Of a stretch of 64,000 nucleotides of DNA, positions 63,818 through 64,000 are shown piece after piece. Each line of letters opens with the position of its first letter. Position 1 is the first letter of the stretch. This DNA comes from an uncultured Clostridia bacterium (GTDB lineage Bacteria > Bacillota > Clostridia > TANB77 > CAG-508): NCBI GenBank assembly GCA_934120135.1, contig CAKOTK010000003.1, forward strand, positions 83,691-147,690, read 5' to 3'. The notes under the pieces are model-generated. The model made no database searches. It saw only the letters and a list, made by a program, of their open reading frames with translations, and was not told where the DNA came from. The position numbers and the translations under genes were made by a program.

Positions 63818-64000
63818 TTAATGTATAAACATTGCATCACCAAATGAGAAAAATTTATACTGTTCTTTCACAGCTTCCTCATAAGCCTTCATTATAAAAT
63901 CTTTTCCAGCTAATGCTGAAACTAACATTATTAAAGTTGATTCCGGCAAATGAAAATTAGTAATTAACGCATCTAAGCATTTAAATTTATAGCCGGGATA
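63818..64000 (-). CDS. queA: S-adenosylmethionine:tRNA ribosyltransferase-isomerase, C-terminal fragment (gene continues beyond window end)
   Basis: Minus-strand translation ends …[47 protein letters not shown], the conserved QueA C-terminus; queA-tgt synteny. Confidence 0.7.
   Translation of the reverse strand, partial: YPGYKFKCLDALITNFHLPESTLIMLVSALAGKDFIMKAYEEAVKEQYKFFSFGDAMFIH

Overview
This 64 kb window looks like a chromosomal segment from a very AT-rich (about 28% GC) spore-forming Firmicute, probably a Clostridia-class organism. The sporulation genes sigH, spoIIM, spoIIID and spoIIP are all present. Almost all genes lie on the minus strand.

The backbone is conserved housekeeping synteny: polC (truncated at the window start), then pyrH-frr-uppS-cdsA with a PDZ-less RseP, ychF, tRNA-Thr, sigH, ligA, pgsA, xerD, spoIIM, coaE, tmcAL, rnhA, asnS, uvrB, an ABC transporter, mfd, asnB, spoIIID, spoIIP, hisS, relA, recJ, alpha-glucan genes (GT4, DUF4912, GH57), a GT2 gene, rhodanese, divergent SecD/SecF-like proteins, tgt and the queA C-terminus. 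No gene call here is backed by a database search.

What the gene list does not explain:
- A complete ToxIN/AbiQ-like type III toxin-antitoxin module sits between ligA and pgsA. It has a ToxN-family toxin gene, three perfect 35-nt tandem repeats upstream (the putative RNA antitoxin), an intervening terminator, its own promoter and a palindromic operator-like site.
- A roughly 50% GC ORF with enterobacterial-style codons lies between host-like promoter, ribosome-binding site and terminator signals.
- A roughly 110-nt structured intergenic element is present twice (downstream of relA and downstream of an HD-domain gene), with compensatory base changes between the copies.
- Two paralogous prepilin-like surface protein genes are duplicated around a truncated Rpn-family gene. 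One is fused to DUF285/BspA-like repeats. Each has a conserved leader carrying a (GA)n repeat of different length (16 versus 11 units) and a terminator hairpin.
- A GC-rich structured element of unknown identity sits between queA and tgt.
- Three genes carry authentic-looking frameshifts: the sortase, a large FtsX-family ABC permease, and tgt.
- dxr and ispG are absent from the pyrH-polC cluster.
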